Assembly: GCA_951406725.2 (NCBI GenBank)
Contig: OX597817.1
Location: 38,874,001 to 38,938,000, forward strand
DNA: 64,000 nt
Reading direction: 5' to 3'
DNA from: Octopus vulgaris
Lineage: Eukaryota
The position numbers and the translations under genes were made by a program. This document shows, one piece after another, positions 38,576 to 53,500 of the stretch (positions within the stretch are counted from its first letter, which is position 1; each line of letters begins with the position of its first letter). Below the pieces are notes generated by a model. That model worked only from the letters and a program-made list of their open reading frames with translations, was not told the origin of the DNA and made no database searches.

Positions 38576-41500
38576 AAAGTATCAACCAATCCACTGTATT
38601 TATTTAATGCTTTTATCCAAAGTTAAATTTCGCTGCTAAACAGAAATCAGCTAAGGATAAAAGATTACTTCTGGTTTCCATAAAAAAAGCTTTGGATAAA
38701 AATACTGAAAGAACATTTTGTAAAATGTTATTCTTTTTATCTTTATTAAGATAAAATTTTTCTTTTGACATACTGAAGAAGCAAATTTTACCAATTGTTG
38801 TCTTTCCAATCACTCAACATTATTATGATTCGATTCATTTTTTTTTTTTTTCTTTTGGTAAATTGTGTAAGTAAGTTTTTTACCACTAGCTGATTTTCTT
38901 ACAACTGCCAATCACTCAACCATCAACAGCTGAGAGTGATATAGAGCTTAATTGTAATAATCATTCAACTCCAAGAAGTATGTCTTTCCACTCGTATTTG
39001 TACCTCATTATAAAAACTTTGTGGAGAAAAAGAAATTTTTTAAACAAAATCAAAATACATATATAAAATAAAAATTTCTTAACATTGGTAGCAAGAAAAC
39101 TAGCCATAGAGGATTTGTCTGAATAATTGAATCAATCCTAGCATATAACTAGAATTGCTTCAATAAAGACAGCAAAATTAACTCTGATAATGTTTAAGCT
39201 CAGAATGTAGAGGGATTAAATACTGGAAAGCTTTAAATTTAGTACTCATAGTTTCGGCTTCTCCATCAACCTCTAGCAATGAAAACTATTATTTTCACAT
39301 TAAACTACTAAAGAAGTCTAAAAGAGAATGTGTGAGAGAGAGAGAGATGTATTTGTTCTAATTGAAAAAGCTTGCATTTAAAGAAATTCTTATCACATTC
39401 AGTCATTAGTTGACTCATAAAACTCAACAGAAAATTGGAATTTTCTTTTGTGTATAGAGATGGCCACTGTAAAACAGGAATTTCAAATCACTTCTTAGAA
39501 ATTGATTATTGGAAAAAAAATCATCCATTCATTCAAATGAAATTTTTTTAAATACTGGCAAAAATCTATGCAAAAACATTTAGCAATTTTAATCATGTCG
39601 AGTTTGGAGAAGAAAATAAATGACATAAAAAAAAACAAAACATAAGAATCACGAAATTATAAACACACACACACACGTATGTATATATATTAAAGGTAAA
39701 AAAAAAATCTTTTTAAATTAATTAATAATTGTAGATTTTCTATGTGATTACTTGCTAATGCTTAATCTAACACAAATAGACATAACTATTGATATATGCA
39801 GACCCACGTACATCTATAACAATTGCTGTGCATGTGTGCATATATATATATAAACACACAAGTACTAATCACTATTTTAAAAATGGAGCATTCCTGTAGC
39901 AACAAGCTTAATATATAGCAATTTTGTTTCATAAATACTTTCCATGTGAACCCCAGACCCAGAACAGAAAGACTATGACCTTGATCCTGCCTGTTGTAAG
40001 AAGTTGATATTTAATATGCATTGTCAGTTTCTTTTAATAACATGGTGTACAAGTATATTATATGTTTGAGTATGTGTATGCATGAATGTACTTATGTGTG
40101 TAAGCATTAAGTGTACATATAGGTATGCGTGTCTGTTTAGTGACATCAGTAACATTTACAAGAATACTGAAGCGTCATTTTTTTTCATCTACAAGCTGTA
40201 GTTATCACTAACAGACTGCATTAATAATATATATGAGTAGCAATCCCACTGTATTTTTATACTTCTCTATTTTAAATGTTCTTTAATAAAGCAAAAATAA
40301 TAGTTAAGTTCCCAATTTTGTATGCTTTACACTTCAAATACTGCTTGAAAAAAATTCAGATGTAACTTGGTGGTAATCCTTAGAAAAAATATCTAAAAAG
40401 AAAAGGTGAAAATAATTAAATACATTAAATGAAAAGAAACGTTCGTACAAAAGAAGATATTTCAAGCCAAAGCCTTACACATATGGGAGTGGATGTGTAA
40501 TTGCATGAGCACTGAACAAAGGAGATATTATATTTGTGGCAGAATTTATTTCTAGCTGACCCATGTCACCTGAAGCCTCAAACATTTTACACTGGTATCT
40601 GTGTGTAGCCTAGAGGGACAGTTTCAGCAGAGTTCCCCAAAAAATACTTTCATGTTGTTCAACAACATTTATAAGGTATGTTTACTTCTATTCACACTCA
40701 AACACACACACATACTAGGATTGTGCACCAAGGGCATCTGCACTGAGATAGAATTAAGTATACACAGTAGGAAAGAAAAATCTATGTAATCTACATAAAT
40801 GTGATGTAGCATTCATATGGTGAATTTCAACCATTTCATTTTGATTCCTTTTTCAATTGAATTTGAAAATATTCATATGCTCAATAAAGTAGTTTTTATT
40901 CTATTGCATTAATATTTCAAGTTTAATTAAACATAACCCAGTTAAAGAGGTTATTGCAAGTAACTGTGGGAAAGGAGGACAATTCAAGTATTTCATGGTA
41001 TGTATACTGTCAAACATGGGTTTTAAATAAGACAGCATGAAGATCCAGATCAATAAAGTTCCAGGCAAGTAGCTGAATATTCTGTATCCCGACTCAGTAC
41101 TGTGCCATGTTTAGAGTCAAATGGTCTGGTTCTGTAAATAGGCAGACAACCACTTGACACTAAAAACTACAGTTTGTAATTTGTCATTTACAGTGCTTAT
41201 GTCAACTCTTTCTGCTAGTAGAGAGAAGGGGTTGGATGTGCACCCTGTCCCACACTACACAACACTAAAATCTTCAGTGGTCCTCTTTGGGACTCACATA
41301 ACTTAAAATTGTTTTAAAAACAAGTCTTCAACTATGTATGCTCAGGTTTACTAAACACAAGAGAAACTGATCAACTTAAAATAGATTCCAATACTTTAAA
41401 TATATAATTAATGATGGAAATTACTGTTTACTATTAAAATAGATTATTTAATAAAGAAAATATAAATTATAGGATGTAAATGTAACTACACTTCAAGGAA

Positions 41501-44500
41501 CCATGAAATCTTTAAAAAAATAAATTTACCAAAAAAAAAAAAAATCTGGCAAATTATTTATCCATTACTCCTACCTTCATACCGAAAAAAATTACTGGTC
41601 AAGAGATAAGTTTAAACAGCTCTGATTTTAAACCCTTTTTCTGTGTGCAGCATGAGAAAAGCAAACACAGCTGGAAAAACTGGTGATACAAAAGACAACT
41701 CATCCTTTACATTACCTGACATAAACTGAATGGTCTTTAAATCTATTACACAATTCATTGCCTTCGAGGATCAATTCATCGAGTTTCCAGTCTTTAATCT
41801 TCTCTAATTCTTCAATAGACTTTAGCTAAGACAATAAGTTAAAAAAGACAAGATAAGTGATAATAAAGAGTAAAGTAGCTTCTATGGCAGTAAAAGCTAT
41901 CACATTCATTAACTTAATATAACACGGCTGAACAATTAACAAGAAAAAGAATTCATTAAAAAGTAAACAAAATCATCCTGATGTAAGAAATGTTTGTAAG
42001 AAATCAGCAAATTAAATGTTGAAACAAATCAAAGTTTAACTGTTATAATTTTTTTATTTTAAACATAAATCATACCGCAACAGTTTTTGATAAAACATGA
42101 AATAATCATTTCTAATTTAGACAATGTTAGCAACAGTGGAGAGAAGGCATTGGTTAGTCGATAGCATTGACCCTAGAGCTTAATTGGGACTTTACAACTC
42201 CTGAAGCATGAAAGACAAAATTGATCTTTGCCTTTCTAGAATGGACAACTGACCTGAATGCTTCAATAGTGCGGATTATGCTAAAGTCATCCAAAGAGCA
42301 CCAAATGGTGGTGGTAGTGGTGGTGTTGTTACACAAAATGGCAGATTAAGTCTACCACACTACAATGGCAACAGTTCTAAATAAGCTTCCACATAATTTC
42401 TGTTTAACCTCTCGAAAGAGCTGTTCTTCACTCCTGCTCCAGTGCGTTGGCTGCGGGGTCATTCCATAAAGCTCTATCTGCAACGATTTCATCTCAATCA
42501 AAGGAGAGGGGCTTTCTCCGTCTGGGTTGCGGATCCGTGGAATAAGCTGCCAGACGAGATGGTGAAGATGCCGACGACCGCTCGGTTCAAAGTCTCCCTT
42601 GACCTCAAGTGGCCTGAACTCTTTACATGAACACCACCCTGTACATAACTCCATGTCCCCCTACATGGCCTTGCTTTTTGCTTTTTGAGCCAAAAAATTA
42701 ACTAACTAACTAACATATGTAATGCTTTGCTCAACTTAAAGATACAGTAGAATATGTTTGTGGAAGTCATAAAATGCTAAAACAAATACAAAGCATTTTG
42801 CCAACACAATTCTGCTAATCCAGCTTTCACAGATTTTTTTTTTAATTACAATGCATTTCATTAAGCAACAAAATTTTAGGGTAACCTACCGTATTTTTAC
42901 CAAGATTCAAGTTTTTCAAATGAGGAGTGTAGGAAACTAGTGGAGATAAATATTCCAAAGTCACCAATTTGTTACAACTAATATCAAGAGATACCAACTG
43001 CAAATATACAAATAATGTAAATAAGTAAATATTTATTACATATATACACACGCAAGTTTAATTTCAGTAAACAAGACTTTTAAAGAAAAACTAACAATCA
43101 AAGTAAAACTGTTTGAGGAAACCAGTTATATTTGTAGAGAAAACGAAAAACTTTTTCAAACAGTTCAAAATTAAGCCCTTGTATTCACCTCTATCTGCCA
43201 CTCTCCTTTAACACTCACAAACTTACCTACCCATTCACTCTGTCTAATCCTCTGTATCACTTGAGACATCTTCACCACCACCACTCCCTCTCTCTCTTTT
43301 CCAAATGAGGTAACCAGGTATCTCCTTTACTGCAAGATACCCATTTCTGTCCTGCCACCATCAACTGGCACAAAACCAGTTCCTGCACTACGACTTCCCA
43401 CTTCAGCTGAGGGAGTCATGTCTTTTGAGCTACTTGGTAACCTCTGGGATGCAGGCCATCATTATCATCATTTAATGTCTACTTTCCAATACCAGCATGA
43501 GTTGGACAATTAGACAAGAATCTGGTAAGTCACGGGGCTGCATAATGCTCCATGTCAGCTTTGGTGCAGTTTCTACAGCTGGATACCCTTCCTAACACTA
43601 ACCACTTTACAGGTGCCATGGAAAAACACATGTAAAGTGGTTGGCACTAGGAATGGCATCCAGCTGTACAAATCATGCCAAAGCTGACATTGGAGCTTTG
43701 CACAATCCTCTGGCTTGCTAGCTCCTAACAAACCGGTTAACCCATGCTAGTATCATACATAAATGAGTGAGGTATGTCAAGGTTATGGAAGTCAAACTAT
43801 TCATATGGCTCTCTATTAACCACCACAGATATCATTGCTAAGGAACTGCAACAACAAACCACAACTATGCAAAACAAATGCTTGTTAAAAACCAATACAT
43901 TACAATAACATACTGACCTTACAAATGACATATCCATTTACTAAACTAATCTGTTCAATCAAGTAACTGATATTCACACATGCCCATTTTCATGCAAGTA
44001 AAAGTTTGAAAACATTTCTTCATATCAGTGTAACCAAACATCTACACCACTTTTTTTTTTTTTTTTTAAGTAAAAGGATTTTACATCAGTTCAGATGTGG
44101 AGGTCAATTATGCTGCCCAGCCTGGGTTAGGGCAGCTACAAACAAGCACATGAAATATTCCTACCATAGTAAGCTATAAAAAATAATCTCTTCAACTTTT
44201 TCCCAACCAATAATTATGAGATAGCACCACAATATTCACAAATGACACATGAACTAATACAGATTTCATTGTAAATAATGTTCCTTGAAAATCCTCACAT
44301 TAACCCTTTGAACCCCAGATACCTGTTGTTCTCAGCATCCTCACCCCAGCTTCCTTGGGTAAAAGAGCCAAAAAAATGATTCCTCACCTAATATTGTTTC
44401 ATCATCATCATTAGCGTCACTAAAATGTGTTTTCTGTTTCTCATATTGAAACAAAATGCCAAACTGAGGGCAACATTATCCATACCACTTTTTTTTCTTT

Positions 44501-47500
44501 TTATCACCAATACTGGTGCCTGTGGTGCCAATCAAACCAGCAGTTACTGTCTAGTTTTCCAATGCTGAAAATACTGGCCGGTTAAGCGGCCACTGGGGTA
44601 TTTGTATCTGTGGCTAGTGGCTGGAATTTGTATTTGTATCTATAGCTAGCGGCCAGAATAGTGACTGCTGGGGTATTTGTAAACATTACCCAGTAAAGTG
44701 GCCGCTGGAGTATTTACATCTGCAACTAGCAGCCGGAATAGTGGCTGCTGGGGTTCTGAGGGTTAATGACACTTTAAATCTGAAGTTGAAAATGTAGCAA
44801 ATAAAAAAGAAATTAAGGATTCTGAGATTTTGTTGTAGATAGAAACTTCAGGAGAGCTAGCAGCTTTAAATAGACATGGAGGAATGAAAATAAAATAAGT
44901 TCTTACCTCTGGTATGTTTTCTTTGATTATTGTAACAACGTTAGTCATCACTTGTGGTCGATTCAAAGCCATGAACGAATCAGTACCTTTCAACACTAAT
45001 ATATTGGAAAAGGAAAGAGAAAGGAAGTTGAGATTAATAAGATAAAAAGAAAAAAAGATAATCCATGAAAATGACAATGATTAATCCTTGTACATAAACT
45101 TAAGGAGTTACTAAAAGTACTTTTTGTTTTACTATTATCACAAAACAATTGGTCACTTAATACTCACTTTCTTCAGTGAGTGAAAGAATTTTCTATTTTT
45201 ATTACAGATGACTTCAACACAATTTTTTGTTTTTCAACACTAAAACCAAAATCTCTAATGAAATAAACTAATCAACTACTCCATGAAAATATCCTCAATT
45301 TTGTTACAAGAAATTGTAAATCAATTACCAAAACCTCATCACCTTAAGAGTTTGCTCTGGCATCCCATCACCTCCTTCCCAGCTATTCCCATCAACCCTG
45401 TATATGTGGGGTAGCCACATATCTCCACTATTACAAGATATCTGTGCTTGTCTTTCACATTGCATAAAGACCTCTCCCCATCTCAAATACTACCCCATGA
45501 AGGTGGGGTGTCCTTTTCTATCTTTCACACTTGGTAAACTTCACTAGTGATAGTGATGCATCCAGCCATAGCAACCATGCCAATGCTAGAGTTCAATGAA
45601 ACCCTGCAGCTTGCTAGATCTTGTCAAACCATCAAACCCATGCTAGTATGGAAAATGGATGATGATGGTGATAATGATTGTATCAAGACAGGAGATATAT
45701 GTTATCTATAATTCCAATATTGCAGACACAAGGTGTTCACCCAATACAAAAGATGACTTCTATTTAAAAAGTACATCATATATTCTTTTCAAGAAATAGA
45801 ATTGAATGGCTTAAGCACATGCCTGAAGCATATGATAATGGTCAATAATAAATTTTTCTCATTCCTGATGCATGAGCATGCAAGTTTCCATTACATATAA
45901 ACACAGAATAAAATTAAAAGAAATTAAACTGCAGAATGTGTAGGAATAAAAATTCTTGCTGTTAAATTTCTTACTAATTATTCATCCATTAAAATGTTTT
46001 TTATTTCATTCAACGAAACAAGTGTTAAAAGATTATACAAGGTACTTACTTTCATCTTGATACAAGCTATTTAGTCGAAGCATCTTGATAGAGGAATCAT
46101 AGCGTTCACTCAGGCAAAGCTAAAAGTAGAAAAAATTTATTGTGTATCATTATCAATTTTATCTGTTTAATAAGACCCACCATTATTTATCCATCAGATA
46201 AATTTTATTGGGGATTTTTTTTTTTTGCCTTTTAAACACTTGTATGCCTTCTCAAGCATTGACTACTATTTTGTAAATAGTGAATGAATCAATAGAACCT
46301 TGAGGATACTAACGATGAATGCCTTTGTAGCACTTGCATCTCCTTTTAAAGTAGCAGGCTATACAATGAAAATAATATCTTTAATCTAATATATAAATCT
46401 CGTTTTGTCTGTCTGTTTGTGCATTTATAACTCGAGTATTGTTCATCCAATCATGCTGAAATTTTAAACATGGATACATGAGAGAGCAGGGTGTTCCGTA
46501 ATCTAAAATGATTTTCAAAATTGTCAGTTTCAAAGTGAGAATTGCATTTTTGTAATGTTTGCCTGTCCATCGGATGATTAAAACTTCCATTTTTATTTTT
46601 ATTTGAAATTACTGTTACATATCCTGTTGTTTTTACCACTACATCAGTGAAAATTGAAATAAAATACTTAAAGCAACAGTCATCATATACAAAAGCCAAG
46701 GTCCATGAAGTGTCATGGACCAAAAAATATTTCCAACTTCTTGCCTAATGCGAGCCCAGAGCAGTCTCTTACACTATTTCACTATTCTGCCTCTATTGTA
46801 ATGTGAAATAATACTTTCAGTTTGAAAGAAGTCTGTTATATTGGTGTGCTAAACACAAATTGTCATTTTTGTAGAGCTTTAAAATTTTCACTGTTGTATT
46901 TATTAAATTACTTGAGGTGTTATTATAAAAGTGCATAAGTGTTATCTGGTATGCAGATATACAAATATGTTATATTCACTTTGGAAATGCAGAAAATCAC
47001 AAAACAAGTGTGAAATTTATCTAATGAACTTTTAAGAAATGACTATTACCTTTAGTTTATCCAGTGTTCTATCATCCAGGGTTAAGCCAGGTGCACAAGA
47101 AGGTTTCACAATTACAGCCAACTAAAAATATATGTGGTAAACTAGTTAAAATGGTTGTAAAACATTAAAATATAAAAATTTTTACTTCAAAGCTAATTTA
47201 GAAAATGGAACAAAATAGCAAACAAAAGAAATTAAAGGATATTTCCACTTAAGGATTTTTATCAGAATGTCACTTTCAGACCAACAACCACTTGAGCACA
47301 CATTTGCAGGAGTGAAGAAATGGAATTACTGCCTCCACCACTCCCATGACAGTCACCATAGCATTTTTAGAAACCTCCTAGCACTCACTCACATACCAAC
47401 TGTACAGGATTTGGAAATGGTACTTGTAAATTAAAGCCCCACCCACCCACTTGTTTTTTACAAATACTTTTAGAAATAATTGATATATTCCAATAACGAC

Positions 47501-50500
47501 GAAGCAAACCTACTTTGAATCCATCAGGCATCATTATCTTCTTATCCACTTGACGGATAGCATCTGCAGTAACTTTATCTTGGACATAAAAACAACAGCT
47601 GCCACGTTCATTTTTAAACTGAAAAGTTGAAGTAAATATATATAGACAAAATCATTTCTTTTTCACTTTCTCCTGTAGGATAAAGATAACAAAATATTTA
47701 TTAAGTCTAACCAATCACACTGTTGTAAAAGAATCGCACAGAGTTTATGTACTTGATAAAATCCTGTCGGCACTTTTACATTGATGTAGGTGGTATCTGA
47801 TCTCACAAACCATCTCAAAACTCAGAGATGACTATGATTTTTTATATATAGATATATTTATATATCTATAAATAAAAATATAACATGGAAGATAACCACC
47901 AACAGAAAAGCAATTAATCATACAATCATATTTTTCATACATTCACTAGAACAAGTTTCAATGCAGTTTAATATAATAAATGATCACACTTGGAAATCAA
48001 TGTAGAATAGTGAGTAGTTGACAAAACAAAATCCACTAAATTAATAAAAATTAACAGAGTTGTTTTATTAAATTTCACAATTTTGCCATTAAATGAAGGA
48101 GAACAGTTCTGACTTTAAGGAACTCAACTACTGAGCATGCAGTCCCAAGTTCAAGCCTTTCTATAATTATTGTTACATTGAGTTTCAGTTATTTTTACAA
48201 TTACCACTATATTATGCTTGTAGCTTTGGTCACAACTTCTTGCAGGTCAAATGAACACATGCTACAAATACTGAATAACCACCCTCCATGTCACAGTAAC
48301 TTCAAAATAATATAATCACACTGTAACACCAAGCAAACATCTTTCTCAAACATTCTTTGAAGATCAGCCGCAAAAATAGTAACTCTTTCCTGCCATCAAA
48401 CACTCCAATAGCAATGGGGAAATTTAAAAACTCAAGAACTAATATTTTGAACCTGAAGGTATCCCTACTGCTACCAACATATACAACCATTTTCACTCAA
48501 CACTGTTAAATTCCCAGAATCTGAAAGCTGGGTGTAAAATGGCTAATCTTTAACATCACAAACCTACACATTCCTATTTTCAAACCACAACACTTAACTC
48601 GGACCACTACATACAAAAAAGAATAAATAAATTAATGGTGGCTTTAAACAAATAAACAATAAAATAAAATTCCTCCAACACAATAGCTTCATAAGTGCAG
48701 CAACTGGGTAAATTCACTTTGACAGCTGTTTCATAGAGGGAAATTATAACAAACACCAAGAATATAATTTTAAAAAACATTTTAAATAAATTCATTCACA
48801 ACTTTATGAAGGATAATATAATTTGACTAGAAAGAAAAAATTCCCATGCAGTTAATAAATTAAATAGATATTAATGTAACTAAGAGACTCACAAATGATA
48901 CTTGGAATGGCATATTGATATAACTTTCGATTTCTCTAATAATAAAATTCCTTTCCAACTTCTGTCTGCATGGTATCTAAAAAAAAACAAAACGTAAAAA
49001 AATTTCAGTCAGGATGTTAAAATATATTTTTTTTTAAATCTCATAAGTTATATAAAAATCAAGCAGTAAATTTATCAGTCATCATAGTATATAATATTGA
49101 TACTGATTTTACAAATATTAAAAAAAAAAATTAAGAGATAAATGGGATCTTTTCCTTTTGAACGGCACTTTGTAACATAATTTCTAGGTAACTAAAAAGT
49201 TTTAAACTTCGTATATGGTAGAATGTGTTTATAAAACATCATTTTCTCTTGGCTTTATTGAGAAAATTCTATGGGTTGTAAGATATTTCGTCTTTAATTT
49301 CAAGCATTTTGGCAATTTTAACCAATCGCTTATGTCCATTTAGGTAAATAACATTCTGTGCATAATGAATATGTCCCTCCTTTAAGAAACAGATTGGGTT
49401 TATTTACATTTGTGAAGAAAAAAAGAAACCCTTCCCCAACCCCAACTCTAACCCTAAATCTAAAATAGATTGAAATGCAATAGATCGATACTAGGGCCAT
49501 AATTATGGGTGACATTTTCATTTGACACTGCTAGAAAAAAATCTTATTTTCCGTAGCGGTGTCGTATGAAATTGTCACCCATAATTATAACCCTAGTATT
49601 GATCTATTGCATTTCAATCTATTTTAGATTTAGGGTGAGAGTTAGGGTTGGTTAGGGTTAGAGGTGGGGGAAGGGTATATTTTTCCTTCACAAATGTAAA
49701 TAAACCCAATCTGTTTCTTAAAGGAGGGACATATTCATTATGCACAGAATGTTATTTACCTAAATGGATGTAAGCGATTGGTTAAAATTGCCGAAATGCT
49801 CAAAATTAAAGACAAAATATGTTACAACATATAGAATTTTCTCAATAAAGCCAAGAAAAAAATGATGTTTTATAAACACATTCTACCAGTATACGAAGTT
49901 TAAAAGTGTTTAGTTAACTAGAAATTGTGTTGAAAAGTGCCGTTCAAAAGGAAAAGATCCGATAAATGAAATTAGATACAAGTCCAATTGAGCATGATAA
50001 GTTTGCCAACAATTTATCAACTATTTATCTTAGTCTCTCAGCCATGTATTTTGATTTTGAATAGTAATTACAATGAAAAGATGAGGAAAATTTTCCAACC
50101 GTCACTATACTGTAATCACAATTTGTATGATTCAACTTCATCTAATCGACATTCAGTTATATTAAATATCAACTTCCCACTGGGTTAACCAAGTATCTTC
50201 TCTAGAGCAAAACACCTGTTCATGTCCCTTTATCATACTTTAACCTCTCATCACTTGGCATAAAACCACCTCCTCCTACCTCAGCTGAGGGATTTTGTCT
50301 TGCAAATTATTTAGTGACCTCAATGGTGCTGGTGCCACATAAAAAGTACCGGTACACTCTGTAATGTGGTCAACATTAGGACGGCATCCAATCACAGAAA
50401 CCATACTAAAGCAGGCACAGGAGTTTGGTGAAGTCCACAACTTGTCAGATCCTGTCTAACCATCTACCTAACAACAGCATAAAAAACGGATGTTAAATGA

Positions 50501-53500
50501 GGAGGACGATGTTATATATATCTTCCATAATCTTTTTACAATTTACATCCCCCTTATACACAGAAATAAGTGTAGAACAGCTTTAATAAGCAGTTGATAG
50601 CTGGAACAACCTTCAAGTTGAACCTATATCATTACACTGAATCAAATAGTTATGTACCAAGGACAACTAAATGGCTGGCAACACCCACCACTTCAACCTC
50701 ATATTGCTTGAGAGGTTTCTAAGATTTTTTTTGTTTTTTTTTCCAGCAAGCCACTAAGTGCATGCTGCAAAAATATGTCATTTCATACAAAATTTGTTCT
50801 TGTATCATTTTATAACAATTTTAATTTCATAAAAATCGAAAAACTGAAAAACAAAAACTTGTTCTTATGAAATAGTAATATTGCAGTTTATAAAGTTACA
50901 TAGAAAGGTAAGTGATTTGTATTTCGAAGGATTTTATAAAAGGAAAAATATATATACCTTTACACGATACCAATTATTATCAGAATGTTTGCTATGTACT
51001 GGTAAGCCAAGACGTTTTAATCGACCTGCAAATATAAAGAATTAAGTTCATACAAAATTTGAGTACCAGTAGTATATAGAATTCTGAATTGAAAATGGTG
51101 TCAGTTGTAGATATAATTAATCTAAAAATTAAACTTTCTATTCAAACAAATTTCAAATATCTCATGTATGTTTTTTATGACACTCAGTCAGTTACGACGA
51201 CAAGTGTTCCATTTGATCCAGTCAAAAGAACAGCCTGCTTGTGAAATTAACATGCAAGTTGCTGAGCACTCCACAGACATACACACCCTTAATGTGGCTC
51301 TCAGCGAGATTCAGTATTACACAGACTGTGACAAGGCAAGCCCTTTGAATTTACAGCTGAGAGGACTGCAACAAGGTGAGATAAAGTGTCTTGCTTAAAG
51401 ACAACACACTGACGGGAATCGAATGCATGACGTTATGATTGTGAGCCAGTTACCCTAACTAAGCTACACACCTTCACTTCATGTAACAAATCAATAACTA
51501 TTCTACTGTTAAATTAAATTACACAGAAATTATGAATATTTGGGGTGTTTATGTTTTTTGATGTGATGCTTTTATGCAGTTTATACAACCATAACATGGT
51601 GCAGACAATGTATAACAATGTAAAAAGAGAACTATAATCAAATACTAAAGCAAATTAAACATTTTTTCTCTCTATAAACACTTGTTTCTTTACTTGTTTA
51701 AAGTTCACAAAAGATTTCAATTGAAAATTAAACTCACCGCTGTTCTGCACTTTATCCATCTCTAAGATCTTATTCTGAGGTCGCTTCCTGTGATTTTTAC
51801 GATAAGGCACACTGATAAAAGAATATTAAATATAGGAGTTAATACATTATTATCTCATATATTCTGATTAATATATGTTAACTTTTTATATATTTCTTTC
51901 ACCTTCTTGGTCATACTGTTTCTATTCAAGCTCATGACTGACAATAGTCATGTAGCTTATCCCGCTTCTTCTCATTTCCATTACAGTACAATGGCTGGAC
52001 AGGTTTTCATGGAAGATTTTAAACAAATGACATTGCTTGTATGATGGTGATGTTTGTTTACAATCAGTGTGCAATATCAAGGAGACACAAGCACACATGC
52101 ATATACAGATGAGTTTCTTTCAGTTTCCTTCTACCAAATCCACTCAAAAAGCTTTCAGCCAGGTGCTACAGAAGTCACTGAAACCATGGAACTCATCTGG
52201 ATACCAGCTTATAACTGGGGAGCATTTACTGTTAAATCATTCACATTACCCAGCAGTAAAGAAGTAAAAGCTAAAAATTGTCATACACAAATGATTTACT
52301 AACAGAAAGAAGCCACATCTTGAAATACTTAGAATTTTGTAAAACTTTACAATTCATTCTCTTTGTTATAGTATTTCTTCTATATTTATTAACCCTTTTA
52401 ATACTAAGTTGTCTGAGACCATCTCTGGTTCTATGATACAAACTTCCTAATTAAAGTGATCTAATTAAAACCTGTTAATTTATATTCCAAATGCATGTAC
52501 CAAGCTGGTGCTTGGAACATTATGTTACTTTACTTAATTCTTCATTCTTTTCAAAATTAACTCAAACCACGGCAACTGAAGAGATTAAAAACGAACTGGG
52601 TTTAACAGATATAAAAACATTTTGAGAAATGATTTTATTTGAATACTGCAAACTTTACATCTAAGATGTAACAATCCATAAGACAAAAAATTAATTACTG
52701 TCTTTGATTTGAGACTCCTGGTAAATCATCACCCATTTGGAAATCATCTTCATCGTCAAGATGTGATCTAGGATTTGCTCCGCCAGCGCCACCTGAAGAA
52801 AAGAAACAGAACAATTAAACCATCTTATGGTTCTAAACTGAAATATAAATTAGACTTTCTTTTTACAGATTTTTCAATCCGGACTGTTGCCATAGTAATG
52901 AAGATAAAGCATGCAGAGTGAAGCCACTTGGCACAAATTGGCCTTGGACTCTGTGCATGTGCACTAAATTTTAACATTCTAGCTCACTTCCACTGTTTAC
53001 AGCAGTGCTTGAGAGCAACGTGTGTAGCATGTGATTGTTGTAATGACCATGACAGAGAAAGTTGCGCAGAGAATCTGCATCAAATTTCGCCAAAAGCTTG
53101 GCAATATCTGCTCAGAGGCCTATGCATAGTTTCCAAAACGCTTTCATCATTCTCAACACAATCAAGGAGATTCTTGTGCAACTGAAACCCAAGTGTCTTT
53201 TTGGGTGGCTGAAAGTTTTGGCACAAACTTGGCAGAAACACATCTCATACCCAAGTCTTCAGTGATAATGGACTGAACTGAACTATAACTTATCTGCACA
53301 TCTGATTAACTCACGGTTGGTGATTCGACAATTTCCCCTCACAGTTGCATGTACATCTGCAATGTTTTTCCCAGTTCTGCTGGTTGCAGGTCTCCAGAAC
53401 GTTCATCACTATCAACATTTTTACGGCCATCTCAGAAACATCTGAACCATTCATACACGTGTGCAGCTCATACACTTTCTGCAACTTTGCATAGGCCTCG

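Larger units (their letters stand above)
35529..41715 (-). other. NXF1: NXF1 cassette (retainable) intron, 6187 nt, positional equivalent of mammalian intron 10
   Basis: Lies between the 110-nt and 37-nt exons; in-frame TAA at 41714-41712; contains a CTE-like hairpin and sense-strand A-tracts. Confidence 0.88.

Noticed and set aside
49436-49662. Telomere-like CCCTAA/TTAGGG repeats
   Set aside because: Few and degenerate, and internal to the palindromic MITE; not an interstitial telomere or fusion site.
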